This document shows positions 51,051-63,074 of a DNA stretch of 64,000 bases, one piece after another. The stretch's first letter is position 1. Each line of letters starts with the position of its first letter. The notes beneath the pieces were generated by a model that saw nothing but the letters and a program-made list of their open reading frames with translations, searched no databases and was not told the origin of the DNA. The translations under genes and the position numbers were made by a program. Origin of the DNA: Glaucostegus cemiculus (lineage: Eukaryota); assembly GCA_976551045.1 (NCBI GenBank), contig CDPCPM010000115.1, forward strand, positions 8,122,001 through 8,186,000, read 5' to 3'.

Positions 51051-52144
51051 TTAACTGAAACAGCACACAGAATTTTAAAAAAATATACAAAACATGGTAA
51101 ATGATGATAAAGCTCAATACCAACTGAAAGTGAGCTTGCAATTATGGCTTGGAAACATTACAACCATGTCCTGGAGAGGAAATAGCTAATTTATTGTCGA
51201 GGACTTGTATGCACTGCCTAATGAGTGCATTGACCCATTCACTTGGCCAATCAAGCCCCTGATTGTGGCAGTGAGCTCAGCCGCCTGAACACAGTGAAAC
51301 CATAATGTAGCACAAACTGAGAAAGTGCGGCTCAATTAACTAAAAGCAAAAGAAAAACTAACTTCAGATCATGAGGTAGAGTACAGTGCAGGCCCGTGCC
51401 ATGTAGGAGGTAATTGGCTTAACCCTAAATATATGGCTAAATCTGTTCCGCTGCCTGCTGCATTTCAAAGTCTTCTGCTGGATGACTTCAGCTGCATTGC
51501 GTGTGTGCTGAAACCCTGTATCTGAGTAAATCTCAGGCACTGCCAAACGCACTGGGAGGGAATATCAAAAATAGCTCTGCCTTTTGATCACAGATGTACA
51601 GCTCTTTGAAAACTTATAATTCTTCTCTGGAGCTTGGGATGTAAGCATCTCTTTTTTCCTCTTTGTTTTCTTTTTTCATCACTATTTAAACTTGGCAAAT
51701 TCTGAGCAGTGTTAATGAGGAATCCAGTCAGGGATGGATGATACTGAATTATCATTCTCTCAACGGGCATTGTGTGAAATGCAGTCTTGATTATTCTTTA
51801 GAGTTTTAAATTCATAAACAAACAAACGTGAAGAAACCTTTCCCTGTTGAATGTAGTTGGGCAAGTGTTACATTACTTGAATTTCAGGGGGGATCTGGTT
51901 TGATGTGTTAACGACACAACAACCAAGTGTGTGTTATTAGTCACAGCTACAAGTTAGAGTGCATGTTGCAGCCTTGCTATTTTTCAGGATATTTAGGTTT
52001 GTGTATTTGACTTATCCTGTCCTACTTCAGAGACGTTGAGAATACTTGTTAACTGCCTCAGCTGGATCAACTAACATAACACAGGAACACTGCCTCAATC
52101 AGCCTTCTGAGTCAATCCCACAATTCAAGTAAACACAAGGAGAC

Positions 52145-52452
52145 CCAGTGGTGCAGAAGGTAAGAGCAGCTCCTCACAGCTCCAGTCACCCAGGTTTGAT
52201 TCTAACCTTCCGATGCTGTCTGTGTGGTGTTTGCACATTCTCCCTGTGACCCAGCAGGTTCCCCCTGGATGCTCTGGTTTCTTCCAACATCCCAAAGTTG
52301 GTAAGTTAATTGTAAAAATCACCTTGAATATGTGGGGAGTTGCTATGTGAGAGAAAATAGGCTAAAGGAAAACGATTGGGAGGATGGGATTGATGGGATC
52401 ATTCTGAGAGCCAGTATACACTCAGTGGGCTGAAAGGCCTCCTTTCATGTCA
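52145..52452 (+). mobile_element. HE1-like SINE (variant tail as in 1996-2290)
   Basis: CAGTGGTGCAG..CCTCACAGCTCCAG..GCTGTCTGTGTGG. Confidence 0.8.
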
Positions 52453-52499
52453 TGTGAGAAGTTAGATCATACTAATCTGTACTTCAACTCCTTGGTTCC

Positions 52500-52762
52500 A
52501 TAATAATACCTTTGCCCAACAAATAAATTGACTCCCAATTAATGGCACCCCTCTGCAGCCTCAGCAGTGACGGGGAGAGAGCTACAGGGCTGCACTGTCC
52601 TTTGCATGAAGAAATGTTTCCTGACTTACCCCTGAACAGCTGAGCACTAATTTTAACTTCATACCCACTTGGTCTGGATTCTTCCACAAGAGGAAATAGT
52701 TGCTCTTTATCCGGCTAATCAAATCCTTTAATCGTCCTAAACACATCAATTAAATCACCCCA
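52500..52762 (-). mobile_element. CR1 3' fragment, old
   Basis: GGTCTGGATTCTTCCACAAGAGGAAATAG. Confidence 0.6.
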
Positions 52763-53629
52763 ACAGGAATACAAGCCTGGAGTAGGAATTCAAGCTGGGA
52801 ATCATTGTGAAATAAGCATGTTGGCCAGCCTTTGGTGTCTGTGATTCTGTTCCATTCTCCCTGGGACATGTGCCTGCAAGGGCTGTAGGGATCAAGTTGT
52901 GGTTGGATATGATGCCCCACATGATTAAACAGCCAATCGTCATTCACTACCTAATTTTACAGATGAACAATGGCTAATTGTCCCAAGTGTTACTGATGTC
53001 CACAGGCACTAGCCGAAGCTTGCAGTAAAGTATGGGCTTGAGGGTGGAAATGGAGGGAAGGGAACCATCTTTAGATAGAGTCACACACACACAGAGCAGA
53101 AACCTAAAGCTTTGTAGCTCTTTCGTTTGTTAGTCGACACTTTTTCCAGTAACAGGGGGTGATGTCCGCCTGACTTCATTACTTTCCAGTGCTTTCACCA
53201 GGAAAAGGACAACATGTTCCTGGGAAAAACAAACTTTGGCCAACTGTTTACTTAACACACATGATGATGTAAAACACACAAAGATGCACCATTGCCTCAC
53301 TTGCACACGGTGTCACTGCGGTGCCAATGACACATGCTTCTCATGCTTCCTTTTCTTTCCATCAAAATGGTTCCAAGGAAGGATACAACCCTGTAACATT
53401 TTCCTTCCATTTCTCTGGTTTCATTGCCCTGGAATTTTGGATCCTGTATTTTCATACGGAGTTCCATGTGTGTGGACAGGAGATTCAGTTTCCATCAGGT
53501 CGTGTGTTTCCTTTGTTTGAAAGCTTTGGGATTTTGGATCCCACACTTTGGATAGGGGCAGTATTTGTTCAGCAGTGTGGTGCGGATGTGTGTATTTGTG
53601 TTTAGTAGAGGTGGGGTTGAAAAATCATC

Positions 53630-54410
53630 AAAAAATCTACAATGCAGCGGGAGGTCATCTTCTCCATGCAGTCAGAGTAGACCTCGCCAACCTAATCCCA
53701 CTGACTGGTTCTACTTGCCACATTCTTCAAATGCACACCCAGGAGCTGTTTAATTGTGCTGAGGGTTTCTGCCTCCGCCATCCTTTCAGCCAGTGAGTTC
53801 TGGATCCTTACCGCCTTCCGGATGTTTTGTTTTCCCCTGTTCACCCCTCTAATCCGACTAATTCTATAAATCTATGCTCCCTGGTTTTTGACCTCTCCTT
53901 CCTGTTTACTCAAACCAGCCCACTCATAAGTTTATTCACCTCAATTAAATCTCTCCTCAGCCTGCTCTGTTCCAAAGAAAACAGTCCTAGATTATCCACC
54001 CTTCCCTTGTAACTAAAATGTTTAAGTCCTGGCAACATCTTGGTAACTTTCCTCTTCTTCCTCTCCAGTTCAAGCACATCTTCTGGTAATGTGGTGACTC
54101 AAACTGCACACAATCCCCCACCTGTGATCTAGATCCTCTTCTGTACACTTCTAGCATAACTTCCTTGCTGTTACATTACTTCCCTGGACTTATAAACAAT
54201 GGCATCCTATATGCCTTTTCACCCACCTTATTGATTATTCTTCTTTATTGATCTGTATGCATAAACTTCAAGTTCCTTCTGCTCCTCACACTGTTTCACC
54301 TCCACAAATGCATCACCTCACACTTCTCCGGAACAAATTCCATTTGCCAAGCTTCTGCCCAACGACCAGCTATGTCTTCCTGAATTCTAACACCTCCCTC
54401 CTCACTGTCA
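53630..54410 (-). mobile_element. CR1 3' fragment, decayed
   Basis: CACCTCAATTAAATCTCTCCTCAGCC, CAAACTGCACACAAT and AAATTCCATTTGCCA; similar to 40005-40750. Confidence 0.8.
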
Positions 54411-54429
54411 ACCTGCGTATGTTTAAGTC

Positions 54430-54752
54430 AGTGTGCATTTATGTGTGGGTGTCCATGGGTGTACTTGCAAGAGATTGTGTGTGTGTGTGTGTGCGTGTGT
54501 GTGTGTGCACATGTGCGCATGCACACGCATGTATATGTTCATTCATCTGTATGCATGCGTCAGTGCGTGAAGTATGTGCATGCATGTGTGTGTTGTGAGA
54601 AATATGTGTGCATGAGATATATGTGTGTATTTGTATATGTGTGTGTGTGTCAGTGCATGTATTTGTGTCTGTGTTTTGTGTCTGCATTTGGGTCTATATG
54701 TTTGCATGTGTGCAGTTATATTTTCAAATGTGAATGCGTGTGTGTATGTGCA
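54430..54752. repeat. (TG)n and degenerate alternating purine-pyrimidine tract
   Basis: Core (TG)n at about 54477-54507 within about 320 bp of TG/CA/TA repeats. Confidence 0.9.
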
Positions 54753-54870
54753 TCAGAATCAGAATCAATTTATTGTCACTTCTATATACACACTCAGCAT
54801 ACATGGAGGCGAAATACCGTACTCCACAGGTCAAGGTGCAAGTAACATTAAAGACAAAAAAAACAGTAAG
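54752..54870 (-). mobile_element. Rex1/L2-like LINE 3' tail
   Basis: The - strand ends GTGACAATAAATTGATTCTGATTCTGAT; it shares GTGACAATAA with 33198-33207. Confidence 0.55.
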
Positions 54871-55894
54871 ACACTGGAACCGCATTGACTTCAGTCTGCC
54901 AGTACAACGTGGCCCCCCAGAACCTCAGCAGTACATCTCCCGGACTCAGCACAACCACCTCTATATATGCATGTGTTCACATGGTATGGGTGCAACTACC
55001 GAAGTGTGTGTTTGCGGGCACACAGGGTGGAGTGAAGTCATATATCCACCAGCATTATTCATTTCCCCTGATCAAATACTTGGCAAAGACTTTTTGCCAC
55101 ATGGGACTGCTGACTCTTCGAAAAATCAGTTGAAGCGGAAATTCAGGACTTCAGATCTGAAAGAATCCCACACTTTTGAATCTGCTGCCTGATGCTTTAA
55201 CTGAGAGCTGACACAACATACCTGGAACGTACAAATGTTGGATGAGGGAAGAACATAGCCTACACAAAGAGCGGCAATAGTTGTGAAATGGTTAATAGCG
55301 CTGGAAGTTATAAGAAACAGACTTCCATTAAACAATGTGCATGGGTATATGTGAGAGAGAAAGTGGGCAAGAGATCAAAACTATGTTGCATACACATGGC
55401 CAGCTCACTATTTCATAAATAACAAAACGTTGCCAAAGGTATTTGTGATCAAAGCAGGACCGAATGTGGTAACAGGGCTGTGCATTCAGCACTGAGAGAC
55501 TGTTTAATGACCAGTTACCATTTCAAGAAAAGAAAGTGACTCTAATTCAAAACTAGCATCAGACACTTACATTTAAAATTTAATATTTATAATCTATAAA
55601 CTCCCAAAGATACTAGTGGCTTAGTTAAATGAAAGAAAGACAAGAAGAGTAAAGACCAAGCCCCAGCACCTATAGTTTAGGTAACACACAAGTTGACAAC
55701 TCACAACCTTATTTTCAATGCTTCACTTTCATGTTCATTAAGAGAGCGGATAAACCTTTAATCTCCACTTAAACAAGCAGAGATCTCCAGAGCACTGCAA
55801 CATCTCTAAAAAGTGTGCGTATAATTAGAAACAAATTCACTGTGGTCTCTCTTTCATATCCTTTCCCCTGCCCCTCCACTAAGAAAATGAACAA

Positions 55895-55985
55895 CTGGAA
55901 AACAGAAAATGCTACACATCAGGTCAAGCGGCATCTGTGGAGAGAGAGTGAGAGAGAGTTAACGACTCAGGTTGATGACCTTTCT
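55895..55985 (-). mobile_element. Penelope-type repeat fragment
   Basis: AAACAGAAAATGCT..CAGGTCAAGCGGCATCTGTGGAGAGAG..GTTAACG. Confidence 0.65.
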
Positions 55986-56236
55986 GCGCACTTTCTGTTT
56001 TATGCCAGAGTATCCATGTAAGAGCATCTGTTCCTGAAGCATAATCGCCCAAGACAAATAATTCTTCACTCCCATAAATAAGGTAACAGAGCAATGATGA
56101 TTTCAACTCCACTGACCAGATCATGACCTTGTTCCCTAGGGGTCCGGTTACATTTGACCCCATTGTACTTAATATAGTCTATATCCGTTTCCCAAACCTT
56201 TGCCAAGTCTGTGACTGGTGAAGAAGCACGGAAGTG

Positions 56237-57241
56237 AAATAAAAACAGAAAAGGCTGGAAACACTCAGCAGGTCAGGCAGTATCTGTGGAGGGAGGAACA
56301 GGGTTAATGTTTCAGGTCAGAGACATTTCGTCAGAAGTGAGAAACAGAAAACAAGTTAGTTTAAAGTTGCAGAGGAGGTCGGGGTGGGTAGGAGGGATGG
56401 ATAGAACAAAGGGAATAAGGTGAGGCCAGGTTGCCATGAGGATAAGTTGTAGAACTCCCAGTCTGGTGCACTGCGCTCGGTGTTCACAATGTGGTCTCCT
56501 CTACACTGGAGAAACCAAACTCGGACTGAGTGATCACCTTGTGGAACACTTGCACTCAGGCTGTGCTGGGGCAATCCTGAGCTTTCTGGTGCCTAACACT
56601 GTAATTCCCTGTCCCACTCCCACTTTGGCCTCATTGAGTTAGAGCCCCCAATGCAAAGTTGAGGAACTGCTCATCACCTTCCATCTGAACATGTTGCTGT
56701 TGTCTAGACTCAATAATGACTCCTCCAACTTCAGGTAACTCACTTTTTCTGTCCAAAGAGAACTCTCCATTTCTGCTGCAAGTCATCCATCTGTAACATT
56801 GGCTCAGTTTTTCTCTCTCTATTACTATAGTGGGACACACTGGACATGTACTATCATCTTCCATTTTGTGACTTGTTAAATTCCTTTCTTTGCATTCACC
56901 CTTTAGCTGCCCTCATTTCATTAGCTCTTGTTCTTTTTCTCACTCTCTAGCTGCCCTCGTTAACCCATTTGACCAGATGACCTCTTCAACTGATCCCCAC
57001 GGCAACCCTGACCTCACCCTATCACAGGTATTCCCCTTGCCCCACCCACCATTCCCCATCTTCTCTGCAACTTTCAGCCAACTTGTTTTCTCTCTGTCCC
57101 AGTTCTGACAAAAGTCTTTGACCCGAGATGTTAACTCTGTTTTTCTCTCTCTCTCCACAGATGCTGCCTGACGTTGCGTGTTTCCAGTATTTTCTGTGTT
57201 TATTTCAGATTTCCAGCATCTGTAGCATTTTAATTTTCATA
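56237..57241 (+). mobile_element. Penelope-like element: inverted 5' terminal repeat, GIY-YIG endonuclease remnant and 3' repeat
   Basis: LVHCARCSQCGLLYTGETKLGLSDHLVEH (about 56460-56550). 56237-56436 is the inverse of about 57000-57207. TSD CACGGAAGTG (56227-56236) and CACAGAAGTG (57242-57251). Confidence 0.88.
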
Positions 57242-57842
57242 CACAGAAGTGGCCTGGAGGTACGAAGTGAAGTTGGAATTAGCCTAAAATAAGATGAACT
57301 GTACCATCTGTGGCACAAAGGTAATTCTCGACCCTTAAGTTATAAAGTTGTGGGCTCATGCTCCAGGAATACTGGACTGTTGGAGATGCTGTCATTTGGA
57401 TTCAGGACTGGGCATTTTGCAGACAATCTAGTGTGACCAAATACTTGGCAAAGACTTTTTGCCACATGGGACTGCTGTCCCATGTGACATTGTTACTGTC
57501 ACTAGCCTGACCAGTTCTTTAGTTACTGTATAGCTGTACTAGGAGTGGGAAAGGGAAAAGACTGGAGAGTGGAAACTGGAGTAATGTCCACCAGTCCTTG
57601 ATCAGATTCCATCCCACGTCTCCAGCTTTGCAAATTCTTGCTGGTGGGGTGAGCAGACGTCCCCTCCTGAAATCCACCCGTCACCTGTTACATGAGGGGT
57701 GGCTGGAGATGTGCAAGGAATTCACAAGATTCTTACCTGAAGGCAGCTCTTGGCTTTATTTCAAAGCATTATTTGCTCTGGTAATTAAAATAAATATTTT
57801 TTTGATTTAAAAAAATGTTTATTATTTTTTAAAACATATATC

Positions 57843-58159
57843 CAGGCTGTCCCTGGGTAATTAACAACTTCTGTTTTTACAGCCATCCATAAGTCAATTT
57901 TGTCCATACGCAAGTCAGAAAATACGCAAAAGTCACTCAATATGGTAACCAGACCTCACAGTGTTGTAATGTATGGCATCAAAGAGAGGGAGAAAGAGAG
58001 TAAGGAAATTAGTTCTGCTATTAGTAGGAACAAATGTATGTACGTACTTTTGACTTCTGAATTTAATAATTAACCAATACCAATATAATAGTATTATGGG
58101 AGCTCATTTGTATGTATGGGTGTCCATAAGCTGGGCATTCATAACCTGGAGGTGATCTG
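57843..58159. mobile_element. Possible decayed Tigger/pogo-type MITE
   Basis: Loose inverted ends CAGGCTGTCCCTGGGTAAT and CATAACCTGGAGGTGATCTG|TA, with TCCATAAG repeated near both ends; weak. Confidence 0.35.
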
Positions 58160-58492
58160 TACAGGAAATACAATATAATCTTTCTTTACATTCTCTTACA
58201 ATGCATCAATGCTGCTTGCATTTTCTCCTGAAACAATACATCTATAAAGTGTTTGTTACACAGGACCCAGCCCCCCAGTGACCCAAAACTCTGATCCTTC
58301 CCCATAGAGCCTTTGCAGTGACAGCACTGAGTGTCAGTGTGTCCCTCAGCACATACTCCTGCACCCTGGAATATGGAATCTCCATCCACCTGGGAAAGGC
58401 TTCTCCAATTCCTAAGCGATATTTGCCGTGGTAGCACCTGTTTGCCATTTCCAGATCCCCCTTACATAGGAGGTGCCATGCACTAACTAGTA

Positions 58493-58803
58493 CATAGAAC
58501 GTAGAACAGTACAGTACGCTGCAGGCCCTTCAGCCCACAAGGTTGTGCCGACCTTTAAACCTCGCCTACGAGTATCTAACCCCTTCCTCCCACATATCCC
58601 TCTATTTTAAATTCCTCTATATGCTTATCTAGTAATCTCTTGAATTTGACCAATGTACCTGCCTCCCTCCACCACTGCCCCAGGCAGCGTGTTCCATGCC
58701 CCAACCACTCTCTGGGTAAAAAAACTTCCTCTGCTATCTCCCTTGAACTTCCCACCCATTACTTTAAAGCCAGGCCCTCTTGTATTGGGCATTGGTGCCC
58801 TTG
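58493..58803 (-). mobile_element. CR1 3' end
   Basis: Reverse complement closely follows 49960-50260; tail CATAGAACGTAGAAC. Confidence 0.9.
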
Positions 58804-59072
58804 GGACTATGTTAACAATTCAATACTATTCCTTTGAGACTAACTCCACTTGCTTCGCTCTGAACTGGAGTTGTACCATTCAGTTACAGGTCTGTCTACA
58901 GAGCAGGCCTCAGAGAATTTCATTGGCTGTACTCTGGGACTCTGCTATTTAATTCAATACTTAGAGTAAGTGATTGGGATTATTAGAATAAGTTGAATGA
59001 ACCACGTGATCTGTCGCTTCCCCCTTTAGTTCATCACCCAGAAGAGGTGTTACACTTTGTGGAACAAAGTAA

Positions 59073-59560
59073 TCAATAGACAATAGACAATAGGAGCAGA
59101 AGTAGATCATTCGGCCCTTTGAGTCTGCTCCACCATTTTGAGATCATGGCCAATCCTCAACACTCAACATCCCCCTCCTGCCCCGTCCCCACATCCCTCG
59201 ACTCCCCCATCCACAAGAAACCCATCCAGCTCCCTCCCGAAAGTGCCCAGAGAATTGGCCTCCACTGCCCCCTGAGGCAGCGCACTCCACAAACTCACAA
59301 CCTTCTCCCCCTACAAATTTAGTTTAAACCCCCCCCCGAGCAGCACTAGCAAACCTTCCTGCAAGCATGTCAATACCCCTCCAGTTCAGGTGTAAACCGT
59401 CCCGTTGGAACAGTTCCCACCTTCCCTGGAACAAATCCCAGTTATCCATAAACCTGAAGCCCTCCCTCTTGCACCATCCCCTTAGCCACGTATTAATCTG
59501 CCTAATCTTCCTATTCCTCTCCTCACTCTCACGTGGCACAGGTAGCAATCCTGAGATTGT
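59073..59560 (-). mobile_element. CR1 chimera: ORF1 (SGNH esterase) C-terminus joined directly to the 3' terminus
   Basis: ISGLLPVPRESEERNRKIRQINTWLRGWC..RDGLHLN (59324-59560); 3' end with (CAATAGA)n tail at 59073-59092. Confidence 0.9.
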
Positions 59561-59574
59561 CACCCATTGTAACA

Positions 59575-60845
59575 GATTGGCATTGATAAATACTTTCCAA
59601 TCCTCAGGCAGTGGCCCTATCTCCAAAGATTCCTCAAAGACCATAACCAGTTATGACAAATTTTGCTGTTCGTCCTTACATGAAGTTCACCTAGAGTTTT
59701 GTTCTTTTAATTTCTTCCACATTTCACTGGTTGGTTTCTTTGAGATATTAGCTCCTTTCAGTATCATTACCTCTTCCTGTGCTGTTGAGCTTGTCCACTG
59801 GGAACAGGTGAAGAACTGACTTAATATCCATCCTATCCTTTGGCACTGCATATCCAATCACCCTTATAAGCTTACACTAACTCTGCCCTTCTTTCACAGC
59901 AGGTTCTTTAAACATTCCCAAATGTTCTCATTCACCCTTTCCTCACCAGTTGCCCAATCCCCCTCTATCTGGATTTTGGATTTGTCCTGACCCACTGTTC
60001 TATCTGTAGTTCTATACTTCAGGAACAATCCCTTTATTTGCCCCAAATCCTTCAGTTGGTTTCCCCCAAATTGTCTTTAGCCCTCGTGTATTTCCCTCCA
60101 CTCTTCTCTACATACAGTATTTTGAGAAATAATCCTCTTTACTTTCACACCTTGCCCTTGTGTTCTCCATCCAGGTTCCTCAATTAACCGCAGCCAACCA
60201 CTGATCTATAGGATTTGGTATTACCTATATGCTCAATTATAAAGCCTAGTAGGTATTTTCTCAGCTTTCCGATATTAAACGTTAGTGCCTGCTCCCCTGA
60301 GTTTCTTTGTTCTTTTAAAGTATTAAAGTATCATGATTTGAAATGTTATAGTGTACATATTCGGTCTGCCTTTTCCTCTTCCTTAAATCTAGTTTATCTA
60401 TCTGTTCGAGCCATCTCCTGTTCACCATATCTGACTGTTTTTGTGTCTTTCATTGAATACTATGCTTCTTTACAAGTCCAGTTTTGTTCATTGCTCACTG
60501 TCCATTATTCTTATCCCTGCTGTTATATTCTTGTAATAGTGTCTGTACCCATTTAGCATCAAACAAAATAAAAGAGCACAAATTCAACACTTGATACATA
60601 CCGTAGCATTTGTTAAGCATTTCAATTTTTTTTTGCTATTTATTCTTTTATCTGGTCTTGTTTTCTTTTTATTCCACCAAGTATTTTTTTATATAATAAT
60701 TTATCTTTGTATTCCCTTTCTGCTTTGTTTTATTGGACTTAATTCCACTATGGTTACCGATTCTGAGGTCTTTCTGTTAAATGCTTGTCAAACCTTTCCT
60801 TGTTGGGTAAAGTCATTCTGATTCAGAAAGCTGGTGCGCTGAGTA
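59575..60845 (-). mobile_element. Very old CR1 ORF2 (linker and endonuclease) remnants
   Basis: VFEESLEIGPLPEDWKV at 59590-59644; degenerate homology continues (CCAGGTTCCTCAATTAACC). Confidence 0.55.
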
Positions 60846-61399
60846 ATCTTGACCCAATCCTTGCCTTTTAAAAATACCTTACTCTGCTGTTTAAAGGACT
60901 TAAGTATTCATTTAAATGTGTTGATGCCTGTGTAAGTATTCACATTTGTTGGGCTATCCATTAAATATTGCAAATATATATGGCTCAGGTCACAGGAGCA
61001 ATAATGGAATCGGCAATAGCTATTTCATATATTCCTAGCCTCATTTAATTTAAACCTTCAGGACGTTCCCTGAGTGGTTAATATTCTAAAATATATTCTA
61101 GTTCCTGAATTCTCTCTTTGTAATTTAACCCTTAGAGTTCACATATCACTCTTCTAATTTGACACTGAACTCCTCTTAAAACTGATAGTCCCTGGCTTTG
61201 GAGGGATCACACAGATCTAACCAGTGATACTCAGATGCAACATAATACCTGAGTTGGGGTCCAAACAGGACTTTGTATAACTGTAGCATAGCCTCACTTC
61301 CCTTGCATTAAAGGCCAGCATTCAATTAGCCTTGCTGATTATATTTGTACTTGTCCTGGGCTTACATGAACCCCCACATTATTTGTGTACAAACATGCA

Positions 61400-62492
61400 A
61401 TTTAAGAACAGGAGTAGGTCACTCAGTCATTCAAGTTTTCTACACTATTTAATTAAATAATGGCTGATCTGATTGTAATCTCAATTCTGCATTCCCATCT
61501 CCTCACTGTAACCCTTTACCCCTTGTTTATCAAGCATCCATCTCCCTCTGCCTTAGAAGTATTCAAAGACTCTGTTTCCACTGCTCTTTTGAGGAAGAGT
61601 TCCAAAGACTCACAGCCCTGAGAGAAAAAAAATGCCTCATTTCTAGCTTAAATGGGTGACTCCAAGTTCAAGATTCTCCCACAAGGGGAAAGATCCTCTT
61701 CACGTCCACTATGTCTAGATACTTCCAAGCTAATATATTTCAACTGTCACCTCTCCCTCTTCTAGATTCCAGCAGATACAAGCTGCTCCTGCTCAACCTT
61801 TCTTCTTAAGACAACCCATCCATTCCAGGTACTAGTCTCGTAAATCTTCTCTTAACTGCTTCCAACATATTAAAGTCCTTCCTTTAATAAGGAGATAATA
61901 CTATACACAATACTCCAGAGTAACTCTCCTAACCAATGTAACCTCCCTAGTTTTGTATTCTATTTCTTCTAACAATAAACAATAACACTTCACTGGATAA
62001 ATGTTATTACAAAGTATACTCTCTTCTGTACTCTGTCCTGATGAAGGATCTTGACCCAAAACATCAACCGTCTATTTCCTTCCATAGATGCTGCCTGACC
62101 CACTGAGTTCCTCCAGCAGCTTGTTTTTTGCTCCAGATTCTATCATCTGCAGTATCTTGTATCTCCATACTCTTCTACCTTTTGCCTACATTAACAACAA
62201 TTTGCTATAAGTTTGCTTATTTGCTCAGTTCATTGGTATATTTTTGCAATGTAATACTTCCATTTACACTGCTTACAATGGTGTCTATCTTTGTATCATT
62301 GGTAAACATGGATGTGTGACTTTCTGTCCCAATATCTAGATCATTTACAAATAAAGTAAATGTTTGTGCCCAATGCAGACCCATAAGAGATATCTTGCCA
62401 TTTTGAGTACCTGTCCATTACCCTTAGCCTCTGTTCAATATGCCTCAAGTTTAGCCAATGACCTCTTATGAGGGACTTTGTCCAACGCCTAA
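61400..62492 (-). mobile_element. CR1 3' and RT fragments, with a Penelope-type insert at about 62030-62166
   Basis: AAGAACAGGAGTAGGTCA tail and GGTAAACATGGAT..GGGACTTTGTCCAACGCC. Insert reads GTCCTGATGAAGGATCTTGACCCAAAAC..AGATGCTGCCTGACC. Confidence 0.75.
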
Positions 62493-63060
62493 AAGTCATT
62501 GGTGAGACCAAATTTGGAATATTGTGTGCAGTTCTGGTCGCCGAACTACAGGAAGGATGTCAGTAAGATTGAAAGAGTGCAGAGGAGATTTACTAGAATG
62601 TTGCCGGGTCTTCAGGAGTTGAGTTACAGGGAAAGATTGAGCAGGTTAGGACTTTATTCCTTGGAGCGGAGAAGAATGAGGGGAGATATGATAGAGGTTT
62701 ACAAAATGATGAGGGGCATAGACAGAGTTAATGCAAGTAGGCTCTTTCCACCTAGGTTAGGAGAGCTAACTATGAGAGGACATGGCTTTAGGGTGAAAGG
62801 GGAGAGGTTTAGGGGGAACATTAGGGGGAACTTCTTCACTCAAAGAGTGGTGGGAATGTGGAATGGGCTTCCATCTGATGTAGTAAATGCGGGCTCACTC
62901 TTAACTTTTAAGAATAAATTAGATAGATACATGGACGAGAGAGATCTGGAGGGGTATGGGATGGGTGCAGGTAAATGGAACTAGCAGAATAATGTTTCGG
63001 CACAGACTAGAAGGGCCGAATGGCCTGTTTTCTGTGCTGTAGTTTTCTATGGTTCTATGG
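62493..63060 (+). mobile_element. CR1 3' end, young 5'-truncated copy with an uninterrupted frame
   Basis: ORF 62499-62984 (161 aa) RPNLEYCVQFWSPNYRKD..FFTQRVVGMWNGLP; tail TTCTATGGTTCTATGG. Confidence 0.95.
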
Positions 63061-63074
63061 ATCTAGGTTAGTGT

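Noticed and set aside
54248-55192. Cys/Val/His-rich ORFs
   Set aside because: They are translations of (TG)n/(CA)n low-complexity DNA.
57788-57825. AT-rich imperfect palindrome
   Set aside because: Low complexity makes the pairing uninformative.
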